Below are positions 51,101 through 64,000 of a DNA stretch of 64,000 nt, in pieces. Position 1 is the stretch's first letter; each line of letters opens with the position of its first letter. The translations under genes and the position numbers were made by a program. Below the pieces are notes generated by a model. That model did not search any database and was not told the DNA's origin. It was given only the letters and a program-made list of their open reading frames with translations. Location of the stretch: assembly GCA_964016885.1 (NCBI GenBank), contig OZ024743.1:300266001-300330000 (forward strand), given 5' to 3'. The DNA comes from Eledone cirrhosa. Taxonomy: Eukaryota.

Positions 51101-51200
51101 GGCTGATGCCTTGGGCGTTAAGCAAAAATGTAGAGGCGAGAGTGGATGGTTTTAATTGTTTTGGTGTGTTGTTAATTTTTTTGTTTGTTAATGGCAGCAA
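48161..51200 (-). CDS. LINE ORF2 (APE endonuclease + reverse transcriptase), split by one frameshift at ~50710
   Basis: APE motifs LNAQG, LTETHL, KGGTAIYV, YRPP, GDFN, LDLIF, SDH. RT motifs YRPISL, QHGF, YLDFSKAFD, GVPQG-VLGP, FADD. CR1-like LEYC-PLWSP and SLQRRR. Confidence 0.93.
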
Positions 51201-52385
51201 TGGGAGTTTGTGCAGTGGGGTGATAGTGGAGGGTGGTGCTGGGTGATAGCTCGAATGTTTTTTTCCAGTTCTTTTGCCAGATTCATTATGGCTAAAAAAG
51301 AGGAAGAAGTTTCCTGTTTAGAAGACTGTTGGTGACTGTGGTAGTGGTTATTTTTATGTAGGTTATGGTTTTTGTTTTTGCTTTTATTTTTAATTTTATT
51401 TTCATTTGTCCGACGGGTCCCCGGGAGATGGGTAAAGGGACAATCCCGGTCTAAACACAATCTGTCTCGCAGGGAAAAACGGCAGATTTGTGGATTCCTT
51501 GTTTGAGTTATTGGTGGTTGTGTTGGTGTTAAATTAGAGTATGTATTATGGTGGTGGCTGTTTGTGGGGATAGATCGTTTTGTCCTAGGTAAATGGGTGA
51601 ATTTGCAGCCACTATCCGTACATATTCTATAGCGGCAAATGATGGGATTTCGAGTGGGTGGGTATGTGGGTGTGTGTGTTGTGAGAGGTGTAGATGATGG
51701 TTTGGGTAGGATTTGACGACCTTTGTGGACTGTGGGAGGGAGAGTTCTTGTTCTGGTATTAGAAGGTAAATTCCTTGACATAGCAGTAGACAAAAATGTT
51801 GTAGTAGTAGTAGTAGTAGTAGGCAGAGATGTTGGTGGTGGTGGTATTGTTGGTGGTGGTGGTATTGTTGGTGGTGGTGGTATTGTTGGTGGTGGTGGTA
51901 TTGTTGGTGGTGGTGGTATTGTTGGTGGTGGTGGTGGTATTGTTGGTGGTGGTGGTATTGTTGGTGGTGGTGGTATTGTTGGTGGTGGTGGTATTGTTGG
52001 TGGTGGTGATGGTATTGTTGGTGGTGGTGGTATTGTTGGTGGTGGTGGTGGTATTGTTGGTGGTGGTGATGGTATTGTTGGTGGTGGTGGTATTGTTGGT
52101 GGTGGTGGTATTGTTGGTGGTGGTGGTGTTGTTGGTGGTGGTGGTGGTATTGTTGGTGGTGGTGGTATTGTTGGTGGTGGTGGTATTGTTGGTGGTGGTG
52201 GTATTGTTGGTGGTGGTGGTATTGTTGGTGGTGGTGGTGGTATTGTTGGTGGTGGTGGTATTGTTGGTGGTGGTGGTATTGTTGGTGGTGGTGGTATTGT
52301 TGGTGGTGGTGATGGTATTGTTGGTGGTGGTGGTATTGTTGGTGGTGGTGGTGGTATTGTTGGTGGTGGTGGTATTGTTGGTGGT
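51188..52385 (-). CDS. LINE ORF1, partial: (PPPPTI)n repeat followed by two CCCH-like zinc fingers
   Basis: ICRYRICTDSGCKFTH and ICRFSLRDRLCLDRDCPFTH. The frame stays open upstream through the minisatellite until ~52385. Confidence 0.7.
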
Positions 52386-52457
52386 GTGGTATTGTTGGTG
52401 GTGGTGGTATTGTTGGTGGTGGTGGTGTTGTTGGTGGTGGTGGTATTGTTGGTGGTG
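51830..52457. repeat. 18-bp minisatellite (ggtggtggtggtattgtt)n abutting the gap
   Basis: Seen directly. Confidence 0.95.
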
Positions 52458-52657
52458 NNNNNNNNNNNNNNNNNNNNNNNNNNNNNNNNNNNNNNNNNNN
52501 NNNNNNNNNNNNNNNNNNNNNNNNNNNNNNNNNNNNNNNNNNNNNNNNNNNNNNNNNNNNNNNNNNNNNNNNNNNNNNNNNNNNNNNNNNNNNNNNNNNN
52601 NNNNNNNNNNNNNNNNNNNNNNNNNNNNNNNNNNNNNNNNNNNNNNNNNNNNNNNNN
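52458..52657. other. Assembly gap (200 N)
   Basis: Run of N. Confidence 1.
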
Positions 52658-52807
52658 TCCCCCTCTGCTAATTTCTCAATTTTTTTTGTCTCGTAAGTTT
52701 AAAAGGTATTATATATCCTTCCCAGCCGGGTATGCTTCATCACGTCTATCTAGAAGTATCAATGATTCAATACATATAGAAAATATAGAAGGGTGCGAGA
52801 CAGAAAA

Positions 52808-52882
<75 letters not shown>

Positions 52883-54397
52883 CTGAATGGTATTTCAGTC
52901 GAGCATTTTAATGTTATGTTCTGGTTCGGCTCCTAATTTTAGCTATCTACATTCTCTAAAACGTAACATGGTCAAAACTGTTCATATGTCGAAACTCCAT
53001 GAGCGTTTAGGCCATTTCTTAGATTTCTTTTTGAGGTGTAAGTTCATTGAACCTAACCATTCCAAAGGTGAAAAGGGGTTATGTAACCATTAAGGAATTA
53101 TGTATGATAGAGTAAATTAGTTATTTGAGATCGGAAATGTACTGTTTGATATATTTTTGTTAAATTTCATATACTGCTCATTCGTAATTATATGTTTGTT
53201 ATATTTTTAAACATGTCATTCGCTCTTGAATTTGAATATATATATATATATATACGGGATAACAACTTAGATGTATTCCCGTTAAGGTACTCCGAGTAGT
53301 GGATAGTATAAACGCCTGGCTAAGTTTGACTCAAAAAGGCGTTACCATAGTGATGCTGCGAGTATGCGGTGATTTCTATGTAGTTTACACTTGGAGTAAT
53401 GATAAATCAAGAAAGAAGCGTGACACGGTTTGCTATACAATAAGGGCTTTAATCACATTGCTGACAATTGTTTCTCTGAACTGGTAGGTTTAGAGATCGT
53501 TACCCGCCTGTTTCTGCGTCAATCGACACCAATACATAGTTATAACCAGTCAATTCCTCTGAGCTTGCGAGAATGAAGGGAATACACAAGCATGGCTTCT
53601 ATATATAGTAGTTGCATTAAATCACAAAAATAATAACAATACTAACATTGCTAGCAATAAATTAGTTGAAATAATCACAACATCAATCTAAGTAAGACAT
53701 AGAGTATACTTATGACTTTAGCATGTAAAACGAGCTGATATGAGGCAGATGTATGAAATTGACATGTAAAAGCTGTCATGGGTTGTATTATATATAGTGT
53801 AGATATAAGCCGGGGCTTTAAACAATGTACCAGTTACTTTACCGTAGGTTTGCTGACCGTAAGAATTAATATTATCTGACAGATAAAATATTTTCATTGT
53901 AGTGAGGATAGTAACTTTTATGTGGTGTAAAGCGGATTCAATATTTAAGTGGTCTATATTAGATGAAGGGATTTTTAGTTCGAATCATGGGATTGTTTAG
54001 CTTTCACATCATCAATAAAATGCATGTATGAAATAACACCAACAGCGTAGCAATATAATAGGTAAGTTAATACTGAGGTTAAGAGGTTAAGGAAGCAATA
54101 TATATATATAGAGAGAAAACATGATGACTACAGGAGGAAGGTGATGTGTTACCGACTATGGTAGTATTCTAATAATGTACTTGGATTTAGGTTCATCTGT
54201 TGAGATTCAAGGATGAGGATGTTGTGTTGACAGCAGCTGAGAAGAGATATATTTATGGGTTGATAAGATATTTGCAGACATTACTGTGGTATAGAATTAA
54301 GGAGGTTAGAAGCTGCTTAAAGAATATTATAGTTCTGTGGTGGTGTGTGTGAGAGTGTGGATTCCATATGTTGAATGCTAAGTTATGTTGGTTCGAT

Positions 54398-56770
54398 TCA
54401 CGGTGGCTTAAATCTTGTGAATTTTGTAGTGATCCTGTGTCTGCAGAAAATTGACCTTTCTATCTTGTTGTTGAGTTGCCTTTTTTTCGTTCCTAAGGAT
54501 ATACAGTAATTCAAGGTCGCAGAGCCTACAATAGGACATACCGATAATATACGCCCTTGTGGCCGACAACCTCGACCAGTTGAGTTGATATTGTAGTTGA
54601 TGTTATTGTCCTTAAGTTCCCAGATAATTTTGTCGAGGCTTGTAGAACCTATTAGTGCACGGTTCTTCATCGAATGTCTGTGCACATAGCATCTTTTTTT
54701 AAAAGTACCCGTGGTGGATCCAATATAATGCCAAGTTGAGTTGCCCGAGTTTACCGTACAGATGTACAATAGGTTCGAATCAAGGCATCTGTTCGCCAAT
54801 GGGCACCTATCTGGTAGGTGACAATTGCAGTTTGAGGTGTTATTCCGTGCAGCTTTCACACTGCTGTTTTATACACCGCTATAAGTGGGTTGTGATTCGT
54901 GCCCGTCGAGGTTGTGCTGCTGCGTGCTTGTATGCGTTTGCGGTTGTGATACTGTGATGTGTTTATGTTTAGAATTTGGTGCTATGTTGCGCATAGGTGG
55001 GACGGTTTCCCTAGAGGTATTTATGTGGTTGATCTTGCGTATGTGGGATTCTATATTTGCAGCCGTAGAGTATGAGAGTTTTATAGTTTTGAGGATTTTA
55101 TGATATCTATGTGATATAGGGAAGTGTTTATCTATTAGTTTAAAGAACGTAGACGGCAGTCTAGTTTTTACAGAAGAATTGAAGATTGGATTGGACCACA
55201 GGTATTTTCTTTCTCTAATTCTTCTATTGTTTCCAGGGTTTACATTATTGGTGTTTGGACCACTTACTCTAGGTGCTACGTGCCTAACTCTATGTCTAGT
55301 CTTGTTACCTCTATTTTTGTGTGAGCGATTGGTGTCATTGTTAGTAGGTTTGTTTGAGTTGTCTTTATTCGTTATAAACTGCAGCTTTTCTTTGTGTCCA
55401 GCCCTATGCAATGCCACGTTATAATAGTTATCATGTTCATTAAACATTTCTAGGTTTGAGGATAAGCGGGATATTCTAAGTGGTATACTACGTGCTATGG
55501 ATCTGATTATGGATCTGGGGTGGTTTGTATTATAACTAATGTAGGCCAGATTCTAATTATTTTTGTGAAAGGGTTCTATTAATCCCGTATTTAGATTTAG
55601 AGTCACATCTGGAAAGTTTGCCTTTTTATGATTCAGTTCGTAGGTAATACTTAGGCCTACTTTTTTGAAGAATGTTCTAATGTTTTTTCTTAATCTTTCC
55701 ATGCTCTGGTTATTTAAGTTCCTATCTATAAGGAGCGTGTCAACTCTATAAATTCCTCCTTGGAGGTTACTGAATTCTTTATGTAGGTTGTGTGCTATAA
55801 ATAACCCCACGACGTCAGTGATTTGCGCTGAGTCGTTCGATCCCATTGTGATATCGAAGTTGTTTATCCTATCTTTTCTTATCCAGTAGCTATTTTCAAA
55901 TTTTATGATAGTCCTTCTAGCCGCTATTATTATTTCAATTTCATCAGGGGTAAGATCGGAGCTATTTTGGGCAAATATAAGCGCTGTATCTAGGGTGGCT
56001 GGGGATATGGACGCGTAGTAATCGTTTATATCGAATTGTATCAAGTTACATGTCTCTCTATTTCTTACTTTATTGAACCATTCTATCGCCTCGTTAGTGT
56101 TACCCCATAAATTGATTTCTAGATTTCCCTTTATTTGTGCGATTACCCTATAAAGAATATTCTTGCTAATTTTACCTATATCCGACTTAGATGGGCATAT
56201 TAATCTGATAGTAGGATTTGTTTCAACATTATTTTTGTGATCGATAAGGTTAAATGTGGGGTTTCATGGGGTTAGAGTCTCGGTTCTATCGAATATTCCG
56301 AGTTTATTTACTATCCTAAGGCCCTCCACGTTAATGCTGATGAGTGTGGATTTATTTTTTTTGTATTTTGTTTGTAGTTCACGCTGAATGTAATTATTGT
56401 ATGTGTTAAGGTCCATAGAATATACGTTTGATGTTTTGTCTGCCTTTACTAAGATACCGTTGGTGTCTTTTAGTTTTATTAGTAGTGTCATTTTGTAATT
56501 TGTTGTGATGTGTTCTTTTTTTTAATTTAGTTCCACTTATCATATTCATAAGGTCCAGTTTGAAGGTTTTTGCAGTATTTGAATCCGTAATTCTCCTTAG
56601 AAATTTCTCTTGTGTTAATAGATAGTCCTTTGTTGAAGTGGTAAGACTTCCATCGGACCCTACGGATGGAATCATTAGTCCGTTGTATCAAGCCTAGTGT
56701 ATAGTCCTTATTTGTAGGTATAGGTATGGTTTTCAGTTACATTCATATGCGGTGCTTTTCCATGCTGTTG
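54398..56770 (-). pseudogene. PLE RT + GIY-YIG polyprotein, degenerate (catalytic motif reads YRVD)
   Basis: ADKTSN, QFDINDYY, ITMGS, YRVD, FPDVTLNL, WSNP, CNC..CPL..C, HYIGST, CRH. Confidence 0.9.
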
Positions 56771-57035
56771 CCGTGAGTTAATGGTGTTGCTGAACCAGGT
56801 GGGAGCTATGTATGCGGGATAACAAATTATTGTTATAGGTAGTTCACTTAGATGTAGTCCAGTTTGGGTACTCCAAGTAGTGGATAGTATCAACGCTTGG
56901 CTAAGTTTGACTCAACAAGGCGTTTTCATAGTGATGCTGCGAGAGCGCGGGGATTTCTATGTAGTTTACACTTGGAGTAATGATACATCAAGAAAGAAGA
57001 GGGACACGGTTTGCTATACAATAAGAGCTTTAATT

Positions 57036-57649
57036 CTAGGGAAACCGCCCCACCTCTGCGTAACATAGAACCTAATACTAAACATAAACACATCCCAGTA
57101 TCACAACCGCAAATGCATACAAGCACGCAGGAGAATAACCTCAACGGGCACGAATCACAACCCACTTATAGCAGTGTACAAAACAGCTGTGTGGAAGCTG
57201 CACGGAATGACACCTCAAACTGCAATTGTCACCTACCAGATACGTGCCCATTGGCGAACAGATGCCTTGATTCGAACCTATTGTACATGTGTACGGTGAA
57301 CTCGAGAAACTCCTTTGGCATTACATTGGATCCACCACGGGTACTTTTAAAAAAAGATGGTATGTGCACAGACATTCGATGAAGAACCCTACACTAATAG
57401 GTTCTACAAGCCTCGACAATAAAATCTGGGAACTTAAGGACCATAACATCAACTACAATATCAACTCAACTGGTCGAGGTTGTCGGCCACAAGGGCATAT
57501 AGTACCGGTATGTCCTTTGTAGGCTCTGCGACCTTGAATTACTGTATATTCTTAAGAAAGAAAAAAGGCTGCTGAACAACAAGATAGAAAGGTCAATTTT
57601 CTGCAGACACAGGATCGCTACTAAATTCAGAAGATTTAAGCCACCGTGA
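57036..57649 (+). pseudogene. Inverted duplicate of the PLE GIY-YIG region
   Basis: ORFs 57011..57382 and 57289..57522 match 54398..54859 and the end of 54869..55447. Confidence 0.88.
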
Positions 57650-58652
57650 ATCGAACCAACATAACTTAGCATTCAACATATGAAATCCACACTCTCACAC
57701 ACATCACCACAGAACTATAATATTCTTTAAGCAGCTTCTAGCCTCCTTAATTCTATACCACATTAATGTCTGCAAGTATCTTATCAACCCATAAATATAT
57801 CTCTCCTCAGCTGCTGTCAACACAACATCCTCACCCTTGTTTGTCAACAGATGAACCTAAATCAAGTACATTATTAGAATACTACCACAGTCCCTAAAAC
57901 ACCACCTTCCACCTGTTGTTATAATTGTAGTCACATGTTTTCTCTATATATATATATATATTGCTTCCTTAACCTCTGTATTAACTTACCTATTATATTG
58001 CTACTCTGTTGGTATAAACTTATACATGCATGTTATTGATGATATGAAAGCTAAACAACCCCATGATTCGAACTAACAATCCCTTCATCTAATATAGACC
58101 ACTTAAATATTGAATCCGCTTTACACCACATAAAAATTACTATCCTCACTACAATTAAAATATTTTATCTGTCAGATAATAAATAAATCTTACGCTCAGC
58201 AAACCTACGGTAAAGTAACTGGTACATTGTTTAATGCTCCGGCTTATCTCTACACTATATATAATACAACCCATGACAGCTTTACATGTCAATTTCATAC
58301 ATATGCCTCATATCAGCTCGTTTTACATGCTAAAGTCATAAGTATACTCTATGTCTTATTTAGATTGATGTTGTGATTATTTCAACTAATTTATTGCTAG
58401 CAATGTTAGTATTGTTATTATTGTTGTGATTTAATGCAACTACTATATACAGAAGCCATACCTGTGTATTCCCTTCATTCTCGCAAGCTCTGATGAATTG
58501 ACTGGTTATAACTATGTATTCGTGATCGATTGACGCAGAAACAAGCGGGTAGCGATCTCTAGACCTACCAGTTCAGAGAAACAACTGTCAGTAATGTGAT
58601 TAAAGCCCTTATTTTATAGCAAGCCGTGTCACTGTTCTTGATTTATTTTTAT

Positions 58653-58699
<47 letters not shown>

Positions 58700-58825
58700 A
58701 AGTTTTATTTAAATTGCTGGGTTACAACGAGTAAATATTTATAACTGATATAAAAGCACTCAACAAGTATTTGGAGTATATTTACGATATTAAATAAATG
58801 GAAACTATATTTATAAAACCATATT

Positions 58826-58891
58826 TATTTCATTATATATATTTCAGGGATATCATATTAAAAATATGGTATGCCTTCATCAGACAAAATA
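58826..58891 (-). ncRNA. Hammerhead ribozyme family E
   Basis: Reverse complement: tattttgt CTGATGA aggcataccatatttttaatatgatatccct GAAA tatata TA atgaaata. Confidence 0.88.
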
Positions 58892-58960
58892 CAATATAAA
58901 CAGTCTTATAAATAGATAGATTTGACATACCTTACACTTCAAACTTCCATTTAAACTTCA

Positions 58961-59191
58961 ACATCACTATCAGGCTTACTCTGGAAATTTAAGCATGATA
59001 ACGTTGGATATTCGACGGCTTGGAATATAGTCTCAAGAGGGATTCCTTCTGAGACATGTGATCTCTGCGCGGAGGAGATATTCTTTATACTAAAATCTAA
59101 AAATTCCCTTAATTTACGGACAAATTTATTCAGTTGCTGCAGACATAGATTGAACTCAACTTTTAAATATAAATATAAATTTAAAATGTAG
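58961..59191 (+). pseudogene. PLE GIY-YIG C-terminal remnant (not in the ORF track)
   Basis: Hand translation: TSLSGLLWKFKHDNVGYSTAWNIVSRGIPSETCDLCAEEIFFILKSKNSLNLRTNLFSCCRH...*. Confidence 0.85.
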
Positions 59192-60348
59192 TATATTTAC
59201 TTAAGATTGTTAATTACTTTTGAAACTCGCCGATAAATCTTTCGATTTCTTTTTTTAAACATTCTTCACGAATAATTAAACTACCCTAAAAGATGATGCT
59301 CCAAATATATCGAATAAATTTTACACTAGATAAACTTCTATAATAAATATAAGACCATCTGTAGATCAAATGGGTATCCTAAACTTTTGGAATGATTTCT
59401 GCTAGACAGGATTTGGTGAATAATTTTGGTTTTGTTTGCTTTTGATTCTGATGCTTAAAATGAACTTGGCAATATATTGTCAAATAAATTTGAAGGGTAG
59501 ATTTCTGTGGTTGATTTGCGGGGCATACTGTGTTTTTATTACGGCCCGAGATACTCTGGGAATTTTCTTGGCGTTTTAATTATATTTTTTAATATTCTTT
59601 AATATTTCTAATATTTTTTAATATTTTTTAATATTTTTAATATTTTTGATATTTTTATTGATATATTAATATATGTTGTCTATTTTATGCTTGAACGATA
59701 ATCATGTAGAGTAAAGACAAGAATATTATTGTTAAAATTAATGTAGATTCTATATATATTTGTGTGTATATACACATATATGTATACTTGAATTTTTATA
59801 GCACAATGAGAATGTTTTCATTGGAAATAGGAATTTGCAGAGTTGATCACGTAAATTCACATGGATGTCTATAGTATCGAATCTGGGATAACCTTCTATT
59901 TTCGTTTTCTTTTTTCATGAAAGTGCATATATACTTATGTATTTCAATTTTTTTTTTGAAGTTTAACTCAGTTTTGATTATAAACCTAGGAATTTTAAAC
60001 TAGACATATGATCATTATTTTTCACACATTATTGATACGTGTCTCATTCATGAATACTGATATTTACATTATAATACCTAATTCATACGAATTGATATAT
60101 TAGATTGATGAAACATAATGTTTTAAATCTGCCTCGTTTATCTCTGGATATTTTTCTTTTCTCTCTATGTAACGGCTGTTTTCTCTCCTAACCACATATA
60201 TCTCTCTCTACCTTAATACCATAACTAAATAAATAAATAAATAAATAAATATATCATTGATACGTCATTCAACTGGTGCCCAACTACCTATTTTTCTCTC
60301 TCTCTATCCCTATCTATATCTATCTCTCTCTATTTTTTCTCTCTCTCT

Positions 60349-60399
<51 letters not shown>

Positions 60400-60650
60400 C
60401 TGTTTTTTCTCTCTCTATCTATCTCTCTCTGTTTTTTCTTTACATGAATTTCTTCTCTCTATCTATCTCTCTATATCTATCTCTCTCGGTTTTCGTTGCA
60501 TGGATTTCTTCTTTTTCTTCGCTTTCTTTCTTTCTTTCTTTTCTTTTTTCTCTATAACTGTCCCTAACATTTTTCACTACCAAATCAACTTTTTAAATGG
60601 AAGTTTGAAGTGTAAGGTATGTCAAATCTATCTATTTATAAGACTGTTTA

Positions 60651-60714
60651 TATTGTCTGATGAAGGCATACCATATTTTTAATATGATATCCCTGAAATA
60701 TATATAATGAAATA
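60651..60714 (+). ncRNA. Hammerhead ribozyme family E (stem I shortened by a deletion)
   Basis: tattgt CTGATGA agg...cct GAAA tatata TA atgaaata. Confidence 0.72.
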
Positions 60715-61919
60715 AATATGGTTTTATAAATATAGTTTCCATTTATTTAATATCGTATATATATATATATATATATATAAGAAGATATTAAAAGATGGTT
60801 AAAAAATGTCCATGTATTTTATTATGCGCATTTCAAACACAAATGGCACGATATTTGCGAAATAGGGAGGCATGATATGGTGCTTAAAAAACACTTGTTA
60901 TGCTTAAAAAACACTTGTTAACAAGGTAGTGCCTAATCAACATATGATAAATAAATTTAAACGGATATAGAAGATTGGAAAAAAGGGAAGGAATCGAAAA
61001 AAAAGGAAGGAATAGATAGAACGGAGAAAAAAAGGAGTCGATAACGGAGGAAAATTATAAGTAGGAGGGAGGAAAGAGAAAGAGAAAGGAGAGCGAGGGA
61101 GAGAGAGATATATAAACATTTAAACTGAAAAACGCTGTCCCACTGAACAATAACTGAAAAAACGGTTGTAAAATTATTTTAAAAAATAAAACAAATAAAA
61201 AAAATTATGAGGTTTATGTGTGATGATGTTTATGATTACAGATATAGAAATTAAGTATACTAATTGTTTAGGGTTTATATGGGGTTTATATAGTGAAGGA
61301 TTTATTAAGATATGCGAAAAAGTTTTTATTTTTTTTATTTCAGTGTATTATTAAGATAAAATAAGATAAGGTGAATAAAAATAAATTTAATGATTTATAA
61401 GTTTAATAAGCTTAGAAGACTATATAAGGTCCAAGTTTGTTTAAATAGAATGTAATTGTAAAAGTATTTCTGTGAAGAAATTATTTTAGCAAAGCCAAGT
61501 ACGGAGAGAGAGAAGAAAAAAGTAAAACACGAAGAAGATGAAATGACGTCAAAATTTGTTTAAAAATTCAGCTAATGTTAATATTACTAGATTTGAAGTA
61601 AAAAATTGGGAAATATAGCGGTTTAGGAAAAAGTAATATTGAGAAGAAATGATATAAAGATGACCTATTAAAAAGAAAAAGTTGTATCCCCAAGAAGATA
61701 AAGGAGTTTGCTATATTGAAAATTTAAAAAATTAAAAACATTATAAATTAAAAAAATAAAAAAATTAAAAATTAGGGGACCAAAAACGTTATAGTATGAA
61801 TGAACTTTTAGAATGTACTGAAATATGCGAGAAAAAAAAGGGGTATATGTGTAAAAAAAAAATATATATATGTGTGTCAGGAAAAGTTTTTAATTTTAAT
61901 TTTGGAGTAAAATATTAGC

Positions 61920-62990
61920 TGTGTATTTTGTGAAATGACCTAAGCGATTTATGGATGCACAGCGAAAATAAATCTGTGCATCTATTTATTATAGAGTTAG
62001 AATTAGAGATAATGGTGCATTTTTACGCTAGACATACATTACAAGTTCTAGTTATGGAAGCGTTGGAATAAGGAGACGCATTACACATTTTACCCCAAGA
62101 AACTTTTTGTAATTAATGTTTGTGTTCTGATATGTAATGATGAGTTCTGAGAGTGCAGTGTTTGTTCGTTTAAGTGGGTATTTAAAAGATGAAGAATGAT
62201 TATATAAGCTTGCCTTAAATGAAGTAGAAGTAGAGCCAAATAGGTATAAGAATTGTAACTAGTTGTCACCTTACATTCGTATACTAAATTTTTAGCAAGA
62301 CAGTAATTATTAAGAGGACAGTTAGTTCTATTAGGGCAATTGCATTTACGATTAATGTTATTAACAGAGTTACTTGCAAGTGGCCCAGAATTATTTATAG
62401 AAGAAATTGTAGTGGAGAAATTAACTAAAGGAGGTGCTAATGTTTTCTGATTTAGATTACTATTAGTAGCATTCATCGAAAAAAACGTTTGACGTCGTAT
62501 TTATATTTAAGATATCTTGTCTAGGAACATTCATCGAAATTACGCTTGACGTCGTATTTATATTTAAGTTATCTTGTCTAGAGTTTACATTGACGTCGGG
62601 CCTTATAGTGTTATTACTATGACGCTCAGGGTTAGATGGATATGAGTTATTCTATAATATTTTAGTATTATGTTTTGAGATAATGTTAGAAATGTTGGAA
62701 GTGGCGGAATAAGAGAATTTAATTGTGTGTTATTAACAATCTTACTATAAATATGTGAATGAGGGAACCATTTGTCTAACGCCCTAAAAAATAATTCAGG
62801 AATATTACTAATAATAGAAAGAGAAAAAAGGAGCGTTGTAGTAAATAATATTTGTTGTATCTGGGTCTCCTCTTTATGTTATTAGAATGCTTATAGCTAG
62901 CTATATTACTATAAGTTCTGCCATGATTGGTTTCATTAGTGTATTTAATTCTTTAATATTTTAGTATTATGTTATTAACAGAGTTACCTC
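61920..62990 (-). pseudogene. PLE linker + GIY-YIG fragment
   Basis: YYNAPF...LDKWFPHSHIYSKI, CNCPNRTNCPLNNYCLAKNLVYECKV. Contains an internal ~59-bp tandem repeat at 62471-62600. Confidence 0.8.
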
Positions 62991-62994
62991 TTAC

Positions 62995-63088
<94 letters not shown>

Positions 63089-63148
63089 TGTATATATATG
63101 TATAAAAAAGAAAATGTTCGCTCTACATGGCTGAATACATTAAACGTA

Positions 63149-63316
63149 ATCTGAGTTTTTTCGAATATTAATTCGATTCGTTTGCAATTATGCACACAAG
63201 TCTCAATTTTATAGCTATGTCAGTAGAATGAACCTTTCATGGGTATAACATTGAGGCTTATTTGCATAATTGCAAACGAATCGAATGTTATTATTAATAT
63301 TCGAAAAACTCAGATA
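63149..63316. repeat. Imperfect hairpin between (TA)n tracts
   Basis: atctgagttttttcgaatattaat..ttcgattcgtttgcaattatgca versus its reverse complement at ~63263-63316. Confidence 0.8.
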
Positions 63317-63354
63317 ACATTTATATATATATATATATATATACATACATATAT

Positions 63355-63515
63355 TTGTTTCTACTTTTGGCACAAAGCCACCAATTACCCCAGTGTATCA
63401 CTGGTGCTTTATGTTATCGACCCCGTAAGGATGAAAGGGAAAGTTAACCTCAGCGAGATTTGAACTCAGACCATAAAGTGCCCTAACTCTTTGCTGCAAA
63501 GCATGGCGTCCAACC
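63355..63515 (-). mobile_element. tRNA-derived SINE fragment
   Basis: Same family as 28074 and 41941. Confidence 0.78.
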
Positions 63516-63525
63516 CTTTACCTGT

Positions 63526-64000
63526 AGGGCCTACATAGGGTTAACCGCCAATAGATTCAAGCAGCGTCTTTACATTCATACCCATTATTTTCGTTACCCT
63601 CTAAGAAGGAATATGACATCTCTTTTAGCTTATATCTGGAGTCTAAAAGACAACCACACCCAATATAAGTTACACTGGGAGATCCTAGCTAGGGCTAGAT
63701 CGTATAACGGAAATAAAAGACCATGTGACCTCTGCGCCGCTGAGGCCCTGGAAATACTCTACGCCACAGACCACATCTTAAACAAAAAATCTGAGGCAAT
63801 TTCGGCTTGTAAACATAAATTGCACAAAACTTTCCTGTATTACAGCCCCACGTTATACCCTAACGGATAGTACGATCTATACGTGGATATTTTACGTCTC
63901 GATGTGGGAGCTAAGTATATGTTTTGTTTATACCTTTACTTATTTGCATAGGTAAGTATATATTATCCGTATGTTTTGTGATGGTACGTATACCTTCTCG
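63526..64000 (+). mobile_element. 5'-truncated copy of the 42.6-46.8 kb PLE (GIY-YIG end + pLTR start)
   Basis: Highly similar to the reverse complement of ~43570-44045; reads AYIGLTANRFKQR...CDLC...CKH. Confidence 0.9.

Larger units (their letters stand above)
48073..52457 (-). mobile_element. CR1-group LINE, near full length; 5' end lost in the assembly gap
   Basis: ORF1 overlaps ORF2; the ~90-bp 3' UTR ends in a tandem (ttcaaagtta)2 tail next to (TA)n. Confidence 0.9.
53255..58652 (-). mobile_element. Penelope-like element: pLTR end, ORF and pLTR on the minus strand, plus an upstream inverted copy of its 3' 1.6 kb
   Basis: 53255-53453 directly repeats ~56815-57033. 57036-58648 is the reverse complement of ~53400-55015. 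Both ends abut (TA)n. Confidence 0.9.
58697..60756 (+). mobile_element. 5'-truncated PLE: inverted pLTR end (58697-58955), GIY-YIG tail, then pLTR ending in HHR family E
   Basis: 58786-58955 is the reverse complement of ~60592-60756; (TA)n lies on both sides. Confidence 0.82.

Noticed and set aside
51723-52817. Gly-rich (GGGGIV)n and Val/Leu-rich plus-strand ORFs
   Set aside because: Antisense readings of the LINE ORF1 minisatellite that run through an N gap.
58480-58556. CTGATGA...GAAA...TA in the pLTR of the 53-58 kb PLE
   Set aside because: The stems do not abut the core, and the other copy reads CAGAGGA; not supportable as an HHR by eye.

Overview
AT-rich animal genomic DNA. The (TA)n/(CA)n saturation and tRNA-derived SINEs suggest a cephalopod such as octopus, which is an inference. 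I found no credible host gene; almost all ORF-track entries are microsatellite artefacts. The window is a transposon nest: several degenerate Penelope-like elements (PLEs; RT + GIY-YIG), a ~6.9 kb Helitron with both termini but no HUH core, a near-intact CR1-group LINE broken by a 16-bp duplication, an RLE-type (R4/Dong/NeSL-like) LINE fragment, RTE fragments and SINEs. The main feature not shown by the ORF track is about 20 type-I hammerhead ribozyme (HHR) motifs from at least six unrelated sequence families, folded by eye. They lie in PLE pseudo-LTRs, in ORF-less tandem arrays (628-bp and ~420-bp monomers, retrozyme-like) and in fold-back palindromes embedded in (TA)n. Four families share a U-U pair at the base of stem II, one carries a recurrent CAGANGA core variant, and many share an ACTC...GAGT(G/A)CT hairpin near their (TA)n junction.
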